A DNA stretch of 62,426 nt, the filler included, from Choristocarpus tenellus KU-1152 (taxonomy: Eukaryota; Protista; Phaeophyceae): assembly GCA_964200185.2 (NCBI GenBank). It is 6 parts of 6 records of this genome, joined end to end, with 100 filler letters (N's around TTAATTAATTAA, not from the genome) between each part and the next. Parts side by side here need not be neighbours in the genome. Positions count along the whole stretch, not along the records: positions 1 to 29,561 come from CAXNAD020000106.1; 5 more parts are not named here. One strand, written 5' to 3'. Under the pieces are notes generated by a model. That model was not told the DNA's origin. It saw only the letters and a list, made by a program, of their open reading frames with translations, and did no database searches. The position numbers were made by a program, and so were the translations under genes. Below, piece after piece: positions 1-12,430 of this stretch (its first letter is position 1; each line of letters begins with the position of its first letter).

Positions 1-54
1 CCTTTCGCTTTCTCCATTCTAGTGTTTTTTCTTTGGGAGCGCAACCGGATCCAC

Positions 55-222
55 TTTGGTGGGGGGGGGGGGGGTCTACACCAGGGTGTCCATTCGGGCT
101 ATTCCAAGAGAAGTGCGCTTATATTATTCCTCAACACGAGCATCCAAACCACCAGAAAAATCTCGACATGGAAAAATGGGTGCTGAAAGGACAGCCGCCA
201 CCCTCCCCAGATACTTTGAGAT
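55..222. mobile_element. Partial MITE, family B (G-run-TCTACACCAGG ... CCCAGATACTTTG end)
   Basis: Shares GGGGTCTACACCAGG and GGACAG(C/T)CGCCACCC..CCCAGATACTTT with the copy at 23562-23699. Related ends occur at ~29468-29561 and ~45690-45720. Confidence 0.55.
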
Positions 223-1696
223 ACTAGGGCACTAGAGTTTTGTAGTGTGGTGCTTCTACAATTGAATGTGCAACCTACCAATCTTTCTGGCCAATGTTTT
301 ACAGTAGTACTGTGATCTGAAGTCAAGATTTGGTGCAATTGCCAAATGCAACTAATATTTCAATACGAATTCCTGGTCAACACCTGATAAATATCATGAT
401 TCTCACAAGTAGCTGCAACACTTGTTCACCCTTTCAAAATATCTTAGATATCTATTTGAAGTCCACCTTGATTATTCTAAGTGATTTGTTAGGGTGACAA
501 GATTTTGATGGAACATTGGGCATTCACTCTTGTGTCCAAGTTGTGGTCCCTGTGTTCCCAGATTCATCACCAATGCAACATATGGTATAGTATCACCTAT
601 CGATGCGCAACATACGTGTGTAGTATATATGTGATGATGCAATGGCATTGGAGTTACGATGGTCCACATGACTCTTCCAGTGAGATAGATACTCCAGAGT
701 ATTCAGTAAAATAAAAAATAAAAACAATAGGGAGGCGACACGAAAAATTGGTCAGGTCGACAATACCTACTATTCTGGAATACATAAAATGACCCGATAA
801 CTTGCGATTCCGTGATAAAACTCTCTGGGGTATCCTGCCAGAGCTCTCTAGACTCCACGTGGCGACTGTCTGCCTATTCAGACGATTCTAAGTGACATCC
901 ACTTGAAAATGTGTATCGTATCAGGTTGAGCAAGATTTGCAAGTCTCAAAGTCTGATCAACTTACTCTCTGATATCTTTCCCATTTTGACGAACAATACA
1001 AGCATTTTGGCGGTAAAGGAAAGAGTACACTCAGAGAATTTCGCTTTTTGATTGGGAACTTGAACACAACGATGGTTCACAAGGGTTGTCAATTCGTATG
1101 GGTTTTGAGGATACCATGCTGTACAGATTTTAATTTAGCAATCAAAGTTTGCAGGGTGAGGCCTTTTTTTGTCGATCGTTTAGGTTGATCTGAGTCCGTT
1201 CTTCCATACTAAACCAGGAAATCCTGCTGCACTTTCAAATATTAGGTAGTAAATTGTTCTGAGGCAATCTGGGGTTTGGACAGATGGTTGCAGAAATTAC
1301 CAAAAGCGTTGACGGCTATATGTTCGAATTCTATGGTTGCAGGCACAAACCAATATCATATCATCATACCCACATTAAGATCTGACTAGAGCAATTTTTA
1401 TCTTCTCGCTGAGTTTGGGTAGACGAGGTACTAGCACAAGACATTGGTTGATGAAGTAAAGGAACTAAATGGTTGTTTCTGATTAGGGTGAAGTACAATT
1501 TGTGTGCATATATATATAATATGTGTTCGAATATGGAATCAACGAAACACAATTTGTTAACATAGTACTAAAAAAATTATCAAATACTTTACAACCTAAA
1601 CATAATAAAACTAGAAAGGATACCATTATACGTACTAATACGCAGGAGGATTTATGTTCAAATAAAAGAAAAAACAGAAATGCACTATGCTAGATA

Positions 1697-4219
1697 TTGA
1701 ATATCAAAAGTAGTAGGTACATATTCACATTTTATCAACTTCTTGAACAGTCACTTTTCCCCTTGACTGGATCCCCACTTAACTGTTCCCCATGCGAAAT
1801 CCTTATCAATTCAATTAAGCTCGTCATGATCAGCCTGAGCCCACACTTCCTCGGGGTGATGCATCCGCATCTTCACTGCCAGCTGGACAATGCCACTGCG
1901 CTCCTTCGCTTCACCAAAACACCTGCTGAAGCGGTCTTCTGCCTCAACCTCTTTGCTAACATTGTATACCAAAACAAGTGCTGGAATAATGGTGATTTTG
2001 GGGGAATGACAGGAGTGGGGTGCCCCTTGCAGACACTGGCTATATCAGTTGAGCAGATGGCTGGTCGATTTCCAGCTACTGTCCTCACTGCTACTGAAAA
2101 TCCCCTATCACCAAAGGCAGTGCTATTTGCCCTGAGTTTGGGCTGCAGAAATTTTTCTATGGACTGGATTGTTGCAGCACCATTCAACAGCGTACAGCAG
2201 GTCATTCTAGCTCTCACACTGCATGATCACTCCACAGCAAGTGTGGACTCCGAGTTTGGTGGGGAGATAGGCGCGACAACCACTTCAAGCAGTAGAGAAA
2301 GTGATGTGAATGATAACAACTTCGCCCTGGCAAATATCCTTGCGACTGTGATTCATTGCTGGGGCAAAGAGCTTGGAAAGGGTTCTGATCCAAAGCTTGA
2401 TTGGGGCAATAGAGGTCCAACGCAACTCTTGGATGCAACAGTTTCTCGACTTGCCGCAGTTCTTCTCTTAGCCCCAAATGCATTCATTTACATGGCACTC
2501 AAACCAGTCAGTTCAGTCCGTGCTATAATTGACAATGAAGACAATCGTCATGGAACTGGTATTGATCTTCCTACTGCAATCACAAAAACACTTCACAACC
2601 TCTCCAACCGACCACTATCAGTTGCTAGTGGCTGTTGGGAAGGAAAAAGAAGAGCATGGTCAATTTGCATTGCACAGGTCCTTGACCTGGGTCAGAGTTT
2701 CTTGCAAGTTCAATTTGCCATACTCCATTCTACATCTTCGCCAGAAGAGGTTGGTGTCTGCAGCAGGTTCCCCTCCTTACTCAAGAAGGATTTTCTAGCA
2801 CAAGCATGTTGTAGGCTCACAAACAGGGTGTTTGCACTTCCGGTGTCAGAAGAAGAGCGGGATACCATCTATGCACCACTATTCAACCTCCTAACTTCTC
2901 TAATAGGGCTTGTCTTCCTTGTAGGACGGATGAGAACAGTGAATGATGGAGGTGAAAAATGCGAGGATACTGAGTGTGCAATGCTATTGGCAGAAGCGTG
3001 GATCACCATTGCCGAGAGTAGGGTATCATCGGGTACATACCTGGCACAGGCATTGCTTACTTGGAAACCTAAGGCATTTGCTGCCTATCTTCAACTATGC
3101 GCCCTCTCTCACACTGTAGGGCTGCTGGATGACAAGACAGCACCACATGCTGAGTGTCTGCTTCACCCCCCAGCAGAAATCCTGGAGGAGATCCTCCTCA
3201 CAACTGATAGCCCTCAAGTCCAAGGCGAATGTGAGGGAGACGGAGATATATGTCAGACCTCTGCTCAGATACCGCTAGCCATGTTGCAGGCTCAGGCAGC
3301 TCGCTGTGTTGCCTGTGTGGCTAGATTGCGACCCTTCTCACATTGGCAGGTCCAGTCCCTGCAACTGGCACTCCAGGGGGTTGCCAGCAACTATGGTGAG
3401 AGAGTGATTGGCATGGATACAGCGATTGCGGCTCTTCAGGGAATGCAAGCTCTTTGGGAAGCATACAAAGATGAGATCTGCTGGACAAACCTTCAAGGCC
3501 AGCCTTGGCACCCTTTTGTGCTGGAGTGTTGTGCTGAGAAGGCATCATGGATGATAGCAGGTAGCATTGGTAGTGACTTAGAGAGACATAGGCACCACGC
3601 TGTGCTCCTCCTTCTGTCTTCTGTTGTGTGCTTTGCAGAGGGTCAGGTCCATGGAAGCCTTTCTCCTTCTATTCAAGGATGCAGGATCAGAATAACAGAG
3701 TCTGCTGAGAATAGTCTAATTGACTGCCTTTCTGTCATTACCAGTCAAGTGTCGACCAGGAATCACAACAAGTATCAGGTAGAGGAAAACAATGTGAACT
3801 GTGTCGCCAATCACAATGGTGTGGTGATGGGTGACAGGGAGGAACAGCTCCACTGGGAGGTGTTGACAAAGTTGGCAAATTTATTGGCACAGCAGGTGCC
3901 ACACAACAATTCCAAAATTACTCGAAGAATCTTTGACACCTTTTCTAAAGCCAAGAATGCTGCAGAAACCACATTGCAGCTTTGGAGTACTATGGAGGAG
4001 AACTGGGTCCCTGGGGCTGAATGGGAGTCGTTATTTCAGTGCAATTCAGGCATTTTGTTCGTGACTTCTCAGGGGTGGAATGACTTTTTCTGTTGTGAAT
4101 CGACACAAACTGCAAAGACCATACAACAATTGGCAGCACAGACTCTTAGAATATGTAGTTCTTTCTCTGAGGTTGAGACTGGAGATGGCATTTTGGAACC
4201 AGAGCTGGTATCACAGTAG
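1697..4219 (+). CDS. Hypothetical protein, uninterrupted ORF of 840 codons (first ATG at 1826, ~797 aa); Leu/Ala/Cys-rich, possibly alpha-solenoid; may be a large terminal exon
   Basis: A 2.5-kb stop-free frame with protein-like composition. No family recognised. Confidence 0.7.
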   Translation: MNIKSSRYIFTFYQLLEQSLFPLTGSPLNCSPCEILINSIKLVMISLSPHFLGVMHPHLHCQLDNATALLRFTKTPAEAVFCLNLFANIVYQNKCWNNGDFGGMTGVGCPLQTLAISVEQMAGRFPATVLTATENPLSPKAVLFALSLGCRNFSMDWIVAAPFNSVQQVILALTLHDHSTASVDSEFGGEIGATTTSSSRESDVNDNNFALANILATVIHCWGKELGKGSDPKLDWGNRGPTQLLDATVSRLAAVLLLAPNAFIYMALKPVSSVRAIIDNEDNRHGTGIDLPTAITKTLHNLSNRPLSVASGCWEGKRRAWSICIAQVLDLGQSFLQVQFAILHSTSSPEEVGVCSRFPSLLKKDFLAQACCRLTNRVFALPVSEEERDTIYAPLFNLLTSLIGLVFLVGRMRTVNDGGEKCEDTECAMLLAEAWITIAESRVSSGTYLAQALLTWKPKAFAAYLQLCALSHTVGLLDDKTAPHAECLLHPPAEILEEILLTTDSPQVQGECEGDGDICQTSAQIPLAMLQAQAARCVACVARLRPFSHWQVQSLQLALQGVASNYGERVIGMDTAIAALQGMQALWEAYKDEICWTNLQGQPWHPFVLECCAEKASWMIAGSIGSDLERHRHHAVLLLLSSVVCFAEGQVHGSLSPSIQGCRIRITESAENSLIDCLSVITSQVSTRNHNKYQVEENNVNCVANHNGVVMGDREEQLHWEVLTKLANLLAQQVPHNNSKITRRIFDTFSKAKNAAETTLQLWSTMEENWVPGAEWESLFQCNSGILFVTSQGWNDFFCCESTQTAKTIQQLAAQTLRICSSFSEVETGDGILEPELVSQ

Positions 4220-5149
4220 GATGTGTTGTGATTGGTTTCTCTGATCTAAATTTGGTATCTAAGTAATTGGTATGACCCACGATCAGAGAGAGAGACCTGC
4301 AGCATTAGTTCCATCACAACGTTTTCCTATAGCGAGAAATTCGAGAAAGGTTGATCTGTCCTTGATAAACTGTAGAACATGTCTTAGGAATACTTTCACT
4401 AACTGTCATCTTCCGTGTGAGTCTGCATCATTTTCCTTTCGCCTTTTGTGTTCTTATTGACTTTTCTCTCACTAGTGGCAAATATCTCAGCAATATTATG
4501 GGACGATATCTATAAATCTATGGCGGCTATTGTATGGCATGACATAGTACCATTCCATTCTAGACTTAATCACCATGGTCTATTTTGTGAAGGGTAATAA
4601 TGATTTTATCTTTTTGAACCAACTTATGTGGGCACAGAAGTCTTGACTTTAGTACTGCCTGTTGTTCACTGTACAAGTCCAAATTGTATAGGAGAAAATT
4701 AGGTGCCCTATTTTAAACTGGATTTTCGTGCAAATCTCCTTCCCTTCTTAGGTTGAGCAAATATATGTAGTACAGACGTTTCTCAAAAATGGGTGGTCTT
4801 CGATGTAGGTCCACATTCCTGAAATAATTAGCTTGAAGTATATCTGTCCAACTGGTACTACAAATAAGACAGACAATGATCGGTTAAACCCAATGTTCAA
4901 TTGCATACTCCGATGAATGTTCTGCTTCCCCAAGTTCACGACTTTGAAGTATACACAGTATTGGCATGTATAGACGCACTAGCACTATATTATCCCACTG
5001 GACATCAAAGCCCTAAAAATGTGCTACCCTCTGCACTGTTGCTACTACTACTGTAATTCAGAATACACGGTACCAATGCATAATGCTTTCCTCCCTGTTC
5101 GGGAGTGTAGAGAACATAGAAGGGGACATCAGTCAACTCAACTAGTGAT

Positions 5150-8100
5150 CTGCTATCATCATTCATGAAGCCCCTCTGCTCGGATGAACTCCATGATGAG
5201 ACAGAGAGAAAATGTTCAGGTTTTGTGCTGTCGAGGTTGCTGCATGGAGTACAATCGTGGCAAGATGTCTCCGTCTACCTTCTCAACGCCTCATTAGCAT
5301 CAACTAATATCATCCTATCCTTTCGATTTTCATCTAATTTTGTCTATGTTTGGGTGGGGACTGGCGTAGTGATTCCATCAAAATCTATTCCCTTGGCAAG
5401 TGGAAAGTGGTCTCTAGCAATGAAACCCAGAGTGAACCCTAAAAGTTCATTTTTTTTTACTTCTCACTTGATGGATCTATTTTGGCAAACAGATTTATCT
5501 TTGCAATCTCCAGCTGTTTCTTTTCAGTTGCCCTCTTAAAAAATAGGTACGAAGTAATGCACAAAGGATCACGATTGTTTGTATTCTGGAGTCCTTTCTT
5601 ATGATTTGTGGTTACAATTTGCCTGCACTATCTTGGTAACCTTTTCCCTACTTTTTCTCTGTTGAAAATTGATTGACTTCCAGCATGTAAGCGAAACTAG
5701 GCACAGCAACAAACAAATCCAAACAAATACCCTGAGCAATAAATATAGTTATGAATTAACGAGCCCAAGTATCTTAGAGGGTAGAGCCGCGTCCATTTGG
5801 GGGCCAAAATCCAATGCTGCAATTTTGATGTAACCTTAGCTATCATTTTTGTTAGGAGATATCAACATCCCTGTTCCGGGTACTTATTTCCATAACGTAT
5901 ACATTTTACCTACTCCGAAATAATTTCGGAGCAGGTAAAATGTCATTAAAAACATGTGGGCAGTTAAGCCCCAAATGAACAAACAGGGGAAAACTCGTAC
6001 CCTCCAAGATACTTTTGCTCTAACATTGAACGCAATTGGGCAATAAATGAACACGATCAACACAAAAAGGTGGATAGAGCTCTACAGCTCCATGTGCAAC
6101 CATCCTCTGTCAGAACACCTCAGGCCTAATCAATAATCTAAGGGCTATTTAAAACCATTCTCCAGGCAATTGCACAGCTTAAGGGAAGGCTTGAATGCTA
6201 TTGTAGGCGAGTTTTAACCATTTGTACATAACTGTGGTCAGATCCAAGGCATACATCAAGGTTTTCCACTGCTTCTTGAGCACACTGGGTGAATGCATTG
6301 TTCCAAATTTGTTGCTCCCCTTCTGTACTTGTCCGCAGACTTGATGCCATGGTTGCTGCCGATAACCAATACATACCTGCTTTGACACTGAATCGTACAT
6401 AATTTTTGAGGTCAGTGGAAACGGCCACAAGTGCATGAAAGGAAAATTCTCTTTGGAGACCACGCTTTGTTGCATTCAAAGCAACCACTAAAGAAGCCAG
6501 CTTGATGCTGATAGCCGATTTCACATCGTGATGACCTTTGATATACAAGCATCCTTGTTGTAAGAGCTCCAACTCATGATCTCGAAACTTGACCCTGGTG
6601 TTGGATAGCGGAGTAGAAAGCTGTGTCAACAGTAACAATGAACACCCCCCCTAAGAAGTGTGATGCTGAAGATATTTCCTTCTAATGACACTGAATTCAA
6701 GCCTTGAGGTACATGATGCTAAACGCAATCCTTACACCAGTGCCATGGCCAATATCGTTTTAGTCTTTAGGATGCATTCGTCTGGCAACCTCATCTATCT
6801 CTGTACCATGCCATCACTCTTTTGCATAATAACAAACGTTTCTTTGGTGCATCTATTCAGTAGTGATCTGCAGTTGATGAGGGCATTTGGATAGTTGAGA
6901 GGAGATTGTGGGTTCAAGAAAGGCAGTACTAGGCATAATTCTGGTAGCAAATATAATGAGGGTTCAGCTGTGCATCAGAGCCCTCACAAGCACTACTTCT
7001 CCACTGAAGGTTTTTGCCAACTCTTGTGTAGCTTACATTTTGCTCTCCCAAGCAGAACATTCTGCAGTCCAGTTTGCAAACTACAGCTCTGATGCTCTCA
7101 ATCTCTAAAACGCCCCCAAAAAATCCAGAGAATGTAAAATAGACTACGAATGAGAATGCAAGGATATCATTGAGGAGGTCTTGGGGACCTTGCAAAGTGA
7201 AAGGAGGAGTTTGCAACCTGAGCTGAAGTAGACACTACCACACCAAGGGCAGTCCCCACAATGCAATGCTAGGTTTCATTGTACTTTATTATGAGGTAAA
7301 AAGACAGCAATGACATTGGTCTATTGTAGTAATCACTGTTCTAATAAATCTATGTAGACGTACTTTCAGTGGGGTTGCTGACTACATCATGCTGGGAAAG
7401 TAATTTCAATATCACAATGTGGACTCAGCACCAACAAGGTGGAGTCTTTCATGGTGGAAAAAAGTCTGAGATCTGAGATCTGGGAGGGAAACAATTTGAT
7501 ATTTTTGAACAAGAACTGCTCATTGGGGTTGATGAGACAGTGCAATTGTCTTCTCAAATCTATCTCTTGGATTTTGGCTGCGCGAAATTTCCAGACTACC
7601 CTTTTTTCGAAATTAGCATCTGAGAAGACAAGCATCCGATGACTGACTAATGAGCGATATTTCTTCCACAATATAAAAAGCTGATGCTCTCTCAGATCTC
7701 AGTTCTTGGAGTACTTTCTCCAAGAAAGACTCAGCCTGATGTCAGTAGAACATTGAAGAGAGGTGGCTCGTCTGTGTTGGAACATCTTCACCAGTGGTGA
7801 GCAAGGGTGCACAGTAGCAGACTTTGAATCCCCACTCTTAAGATCCTCAGAGTATTCATCACTGTAGTTGAAATCTTTCAAGCCCTCCACAAACAAACAC
7901 CATTGTGCATAGCACACATCCCACTAATTGTCGGATCATCTCCTACCTCTCACCAACAAGCACAATTTCAAGTGACTTGAAAAGATGTCAAGGATTACAA
8001 AAAAAAGTGGGCCAGCTTAAGGTGTCCATGTGCAACTTTCTCTGAAAGCAATTGCAATTAGTTTAACATCAGCAGGTGATTGTTCATCTCTTTCTTCCAA

Positions 8101-8330
8101 CAATCCAATTAAGCGGCAGTACAGAGAACAGCCTCTGGTGCTCAAATTTCGATTTCCAGTCTCTTCCAGTTGTTCTACATAGGAAAACAAACAATTCACA
8201 GTTCATGGTATGGATAAAATGTCTGGGACACTAAAAGCAGCATTTCGGTAGGGCACTGATCAAAATATTCTCGGGGAGTTTTCTCAAATATAAAAGGTGC
8301 TTGCAGCAATAGGTGAAATATTGAATACCT
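5150..8330 (-). pseudogene. Degraded coding-like region, possibly the decayed 3' extension of the SMYD gene or a separate pseudogene
   Basis: A chain of protein-like minus-strand ORF pieces (8017-8199, 7699-7917, 7387-7671, 6198-6638) broken by stops and frameshifts. The last piece has a SMYD/TPR-like ending (AVENLDVCLGSDHSYVQMVK). The 5150-5535 frame has scattered in-frame stops, and a MITE is inserted at 5761. Confidence 0.4.
5761..6020 (-). mobile_element. MITE family A copy 1 (Sola-like non-autonomous element)
   Basis: TIRs GAGCCCAAGTATCTTAGAGGGTA / TACCCTCCAAGATACTTTTGCTC; 4-bp TSD TAAC. Confidence 0.9.
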
Positions 8331-8386
8331 GATAAAGCAATGTTACACACACTGCTGAAGTCACCAAGAAAAGTAGGGGTATTCAC

Positions 8387-10628
8387 CTTTCTCCTGCATA
8401 ATGTCCATAAGAGAAGAAAAGCTGCTCCATGTTGTACAAGAGTTGTAGGGCTGTTGCGTCACTGCTGCCTCCTTGTTCAGGGATAGGTGGGATATCACCA
8501 GTCTTGCACCTGGGGCAGTGGCATTCAAAACCCCACATTTGTTGAAGCAGACCCCGCCGTTCCTAAACATCCAAGAAGGCAAAGGGACAAGTAAGGGCAA
8601 TACACATTGGAGATATTACATGATGGGCAGGTTGAACAATTTTCCAGATTTGGTTGGGGCATTAAAACCCCCATCAGGGTTTAACAAGGCTCCAGCAAGA
8701 GGACAGGCGTATGGACTTGACCTCTATCCCTCATGCCAGTTCTCCAAAAAAATGGGCATGCAAGCAGGAGGATTGATTCAACTGCCCCACTCAACCTTGA
8801 AGCAACTTTCTTCCTCTCCCACTCACATCTTTTGGATACTTGAGGACATCAATATCTAAGTAGTTGTAGTTGACCTCATCACCCTGATATATGTCTGTTG
8901 TTGCCATCATGACCAAGACAGGAACACCATCAATGACACGAATGTGACCTTCTATATTGGGTTGGCATGAGTGGTTCAAAACAGCTGCATCGGGATAAAG
9001 TCCTAAACATTGCTTCTTGGAAGTCATGGGGTTCGTCCATAGATGGTTGCAGTTTCGCTGTACCCTTTTTGCCCAGGAATGGCATATTTGTAGAAGGCAA
9101 GAGCAGAGCAGAGGAGGATGAACAGTAGCATATCAGAAGCCAATGGCAAGGCAGGGGTTGGGAGAGGAGGTAAGGATTAGAGGGCACACACACACATACC
9201 CAATTGAAGGATTTCTTGGCACAATGCTATCATATATCCAATTACGTGAGCTCAACTAGTTATAATGACCGCAGGAAGAAAAGAGTCTTTGTTGTTTAAC
9301 CAGGTATGGATTCCATGGAAAACTCCACCCAAAACAGAACACTTGTATCAAGGGCCCCAATCAAAAGCTGGAGATCATATGATGAGGGACAGAGAGCAGG
9401 GAGGTCAAGCAAACTCTCTTCAATTGCTACCTCTGAACTCAGACATATATCGTTGGGAATCTGCACCAGCCCAGTATAAACTGATTACATCATCAGAGTG
9501 ACAACGTCTCTCTAGATATCCCTCACTGTTTCATACTTCACATTTATACTGACTATACCATGAGCACTTTGGAGATTGTGGAGATGTGATAGGGAAGGGG
9601 GAGTCGAATGATACTGCTGACACCCAGGACTTACCTGATGTAGTGCATTGCAAATTCATCATGCTGCAAACCCTCCACCAACTCTGGAGGCAGTCTCTTC
9701 CAGATTTCTTTAATAGCACTTAAGATATTTTGTGCAGAACCGGTTTGAGTTCCTTCATCGAGTGATAGGAAGCGTTCCCATAGCTTGTCTTCGATCAGGC
9801 CCTCCTTCCTCTGAGCCAGGCATTTTATCACCAATCGCAATATAAGGCGGTCAATCTTGACTTTCTTATTCGGCGGGATGTTCTTCATTACGGTGCATAT
9901 CCACTTGTGCGTGTGGTTTGAGGCTGCAAGGCAACTCTCATTGCAAAACACGAGGCCGCAACGTTGAGGGCACTCTATCAGTGTGGTCGCGTCTTTTGTC
10001 AGAGACCGGAAGGTGAAGCAACCGGAGCAGCTGCGCCTATCATCCAACACGATAGCCCCTACTGGTTGGGCCCTCATGACCTCCGTGCCTGCAGTAATAT
10101 TGACATCCGCCACAGCATGCCTTCCAATCTCTGGAGTTTTCTTGCACTTCGTAAGGCGCAATATACCCCCAGGCAACTCCCACATATGATCTTTTGCCTG
10201 TTCAATCCTTGTCTTTCCCGAACGTGATCGCCCAGGCCGCTTTTTGGGTGCAATAAGCAGCACAAGCTCGTCTTGAAACGCCCATAAGGTCTCTGGTTCG
10301 CAACCTCTCCGTAACGGTAAGATCGTAATCAGTATGACATTGGCCTCCACAATGTGATTGGTAACACTGCAGCACAGTAAGCTAGGCTTGTGGAGAACCT
10401 GGTGCGCAGGGTTTGGGAACACGGAGTAATGAATATATCTAGAAGTGGTACACAAGACTGTAGTAACATAGAGATAAATAGAAGCCTTAAAGTGTACTGG
10501 GCGAAGAGGAACAGGGGTGTGCAGATTGAAGCCAACAAGTCTGTGGGATACCGACATTGATGCTCACCATATGACCCAAAGGGAATTTTTTTTCTATAGA
10601 CTCCGCAATCTTCTCCATTCCTTGCCAT
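8387..10628 (-). CDS. SMYD-family SET- and MYND-domain lysine methyltransferase (spliced; both ends uncertain)
   Basis: Exon ending at 9635 carries GRHAVADVNITAGTEV (N-SET) and a MYND finger CSGC..CPQRC..FC..C..H..C. Exon 9064-8827 carries GLYPDAAVLNHSCQPN and GDEVNYNY. Exon 8562-8387 carries the post-SET ERRGLLQQMWGFECHCPRC. GT-AG sites are phase-consistent. Candidate ATG at 10628. Confidence 0.85.
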
Positions 10629-10977
10629 CGGGCACCGACACTGCTCATTGCACAGTTGATTAAGCTGTCAGAGTAGATTGGGCTTTGACAATAACAATAT
10701 CCTCAAACCACAATAGTTGACATGATCGGGGTTTGTTATACTGTATGTAAGCCTTACTTAATCTCACAAACTAAATCTACAAAAAAGAATCGTGCAACGG
10801 TAAGGATCTCCTCCGCTTCCGATCCACAATCCACACAAGATCGAGGGTGCCATACACGAACTCATCAAGTGATCCTTATTCTGAGGTGTTTCTATCTGCC
10901 AGTGGGAATATATCGGACTCACCAGTAGCCTACTGTTGTCTGAAGATTCTGTAGGTCCTGGGAGTGGCGGTAGGGAA
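10629..10977. promoter_or_regulatory. Putative bidirectional promoter between SMYD (-) and CEP83 (+)
   Basis: Divergent candidate start codons are ~350 bp apart inside a CpG-rich zone. Confidence 0.45.
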
Positions 10978-12393
10978 ATGGCATCTCCACAGGAGTCGAT
11001 AAGTAGCAGTAGTGTAGGGGGACAGTATGAGAAGCTCTTGGCTACCGTGGGGAATCTCCAGGGTGATCTTCAGCGGACGTTGGGAGTGTGCCAGTCTCTA
11101 GGTAGCGAGAACGAGAAGCTCAAGACACATTATGATAAGGCGCAAGCTGAGCTGATCCGCTTGAGGGAGAAGCATAGTTCCACCCGAGCACAGCTTTTGG
11201 AGGCCGTGGAGAGTAGGGTGATGGCTGACCAAGCCACGGAGGCATTGGTGCAAAAATGGAGAGTGCAGATGGAAGCTCGTACGCGGGAGTTGGAGGCCCT
11301 CCAGGCTAGGCTCGAGCCTCAAGATATAGATATGCTCCGTGCGAAAGTACAAGAGGAATTAGATGTACCACACAGACGAAGGCTGGAAGCACTCGAGGCT
11401 GAGGTGGAGAAGTTCCGACAGATGTTCTTCAATGTACGTCGAGAGTACGAGAGATGTAAGGTGTGCTACAGGGGGTTGACTTGGTCATAAGATAGGGGGC
11501 CGGTACATCTGCTGGGAGCAGACTACCGGGCATGTGAAGTTCCCACAAGAGGACGGGATCAGTCAAGGACGCTGTCGAAACCTCGGGTGCATTGACTGGC
11601 ACCCATGCGAATCACGCGTAAAGTCCTGGTGAGGAATGTACAAACTACTCGACGATCTACTTACAAGGATATGCATGGAGAAAACGTAAGATGCAGAGTC
11701 GGCGAACGACCAGAAAACAAATCACCCATATCTGTTCCCGACACGGCAGAGCCAGATCAAAACACAATACATGGAGTCATGATAAAAAAACTTCCCATCT
11801 TGTCCTCCTCCCTCAGGCCGAGTACGAGCAATATACACTTGACCAGGCTAAGGAAATGGAGACCAAGCACCAGCAATACAAAACCGAGGGGAATGCACTA
11901 AAGCTCCGAATCCAACACCTAGAATCATCTCTTGCTGACGCCTCCCATGAAGATGAGGTAATTTTGTACATCAAAAGGGTACTATAGGGTGGCACCTTAA
12001 TATTGTGTTTCAACACATTGTAGCTTTCACCCCCTGCATCCTCAAGCCCTTGAAATGTTGCCCAGTTTGGTGCGTTTCCCACTAGTCGTAATCAGACCTC
12101 CTTCGTTGAGCCACACATTGCTGTCCCAATAATATGCTACCTACTACAACTTTGTACAGTGAAAGGCATGCATAGCTCATTAAGACATCATTTTAAAGAA
12201 TGAAACAACAACACAAGTGAATTCAAGCACAGGATTAAGCTCTTCAGAGTGCAGATCAAAGATTTTTGCACAGGAGCATGGTAGGGGTTCCAGCTGTCAC
12301 CCCAAGAGAATATGAAGAATGTCTCCTGCTCGTCACAGTTGATGTTACGAAGCCAAATCAAGCATGAATGTATTGCAAGTGTTTGGAAATATG

Positions 12394-12430
<37 letters not shown>

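Noticed and set aside
5150-5535. Stop-codon reassignment suggested by in-frame TAG/TGA
   Set aside because: Intact genes in the window end in standard stops and have none internally; nonsense decay explains it.
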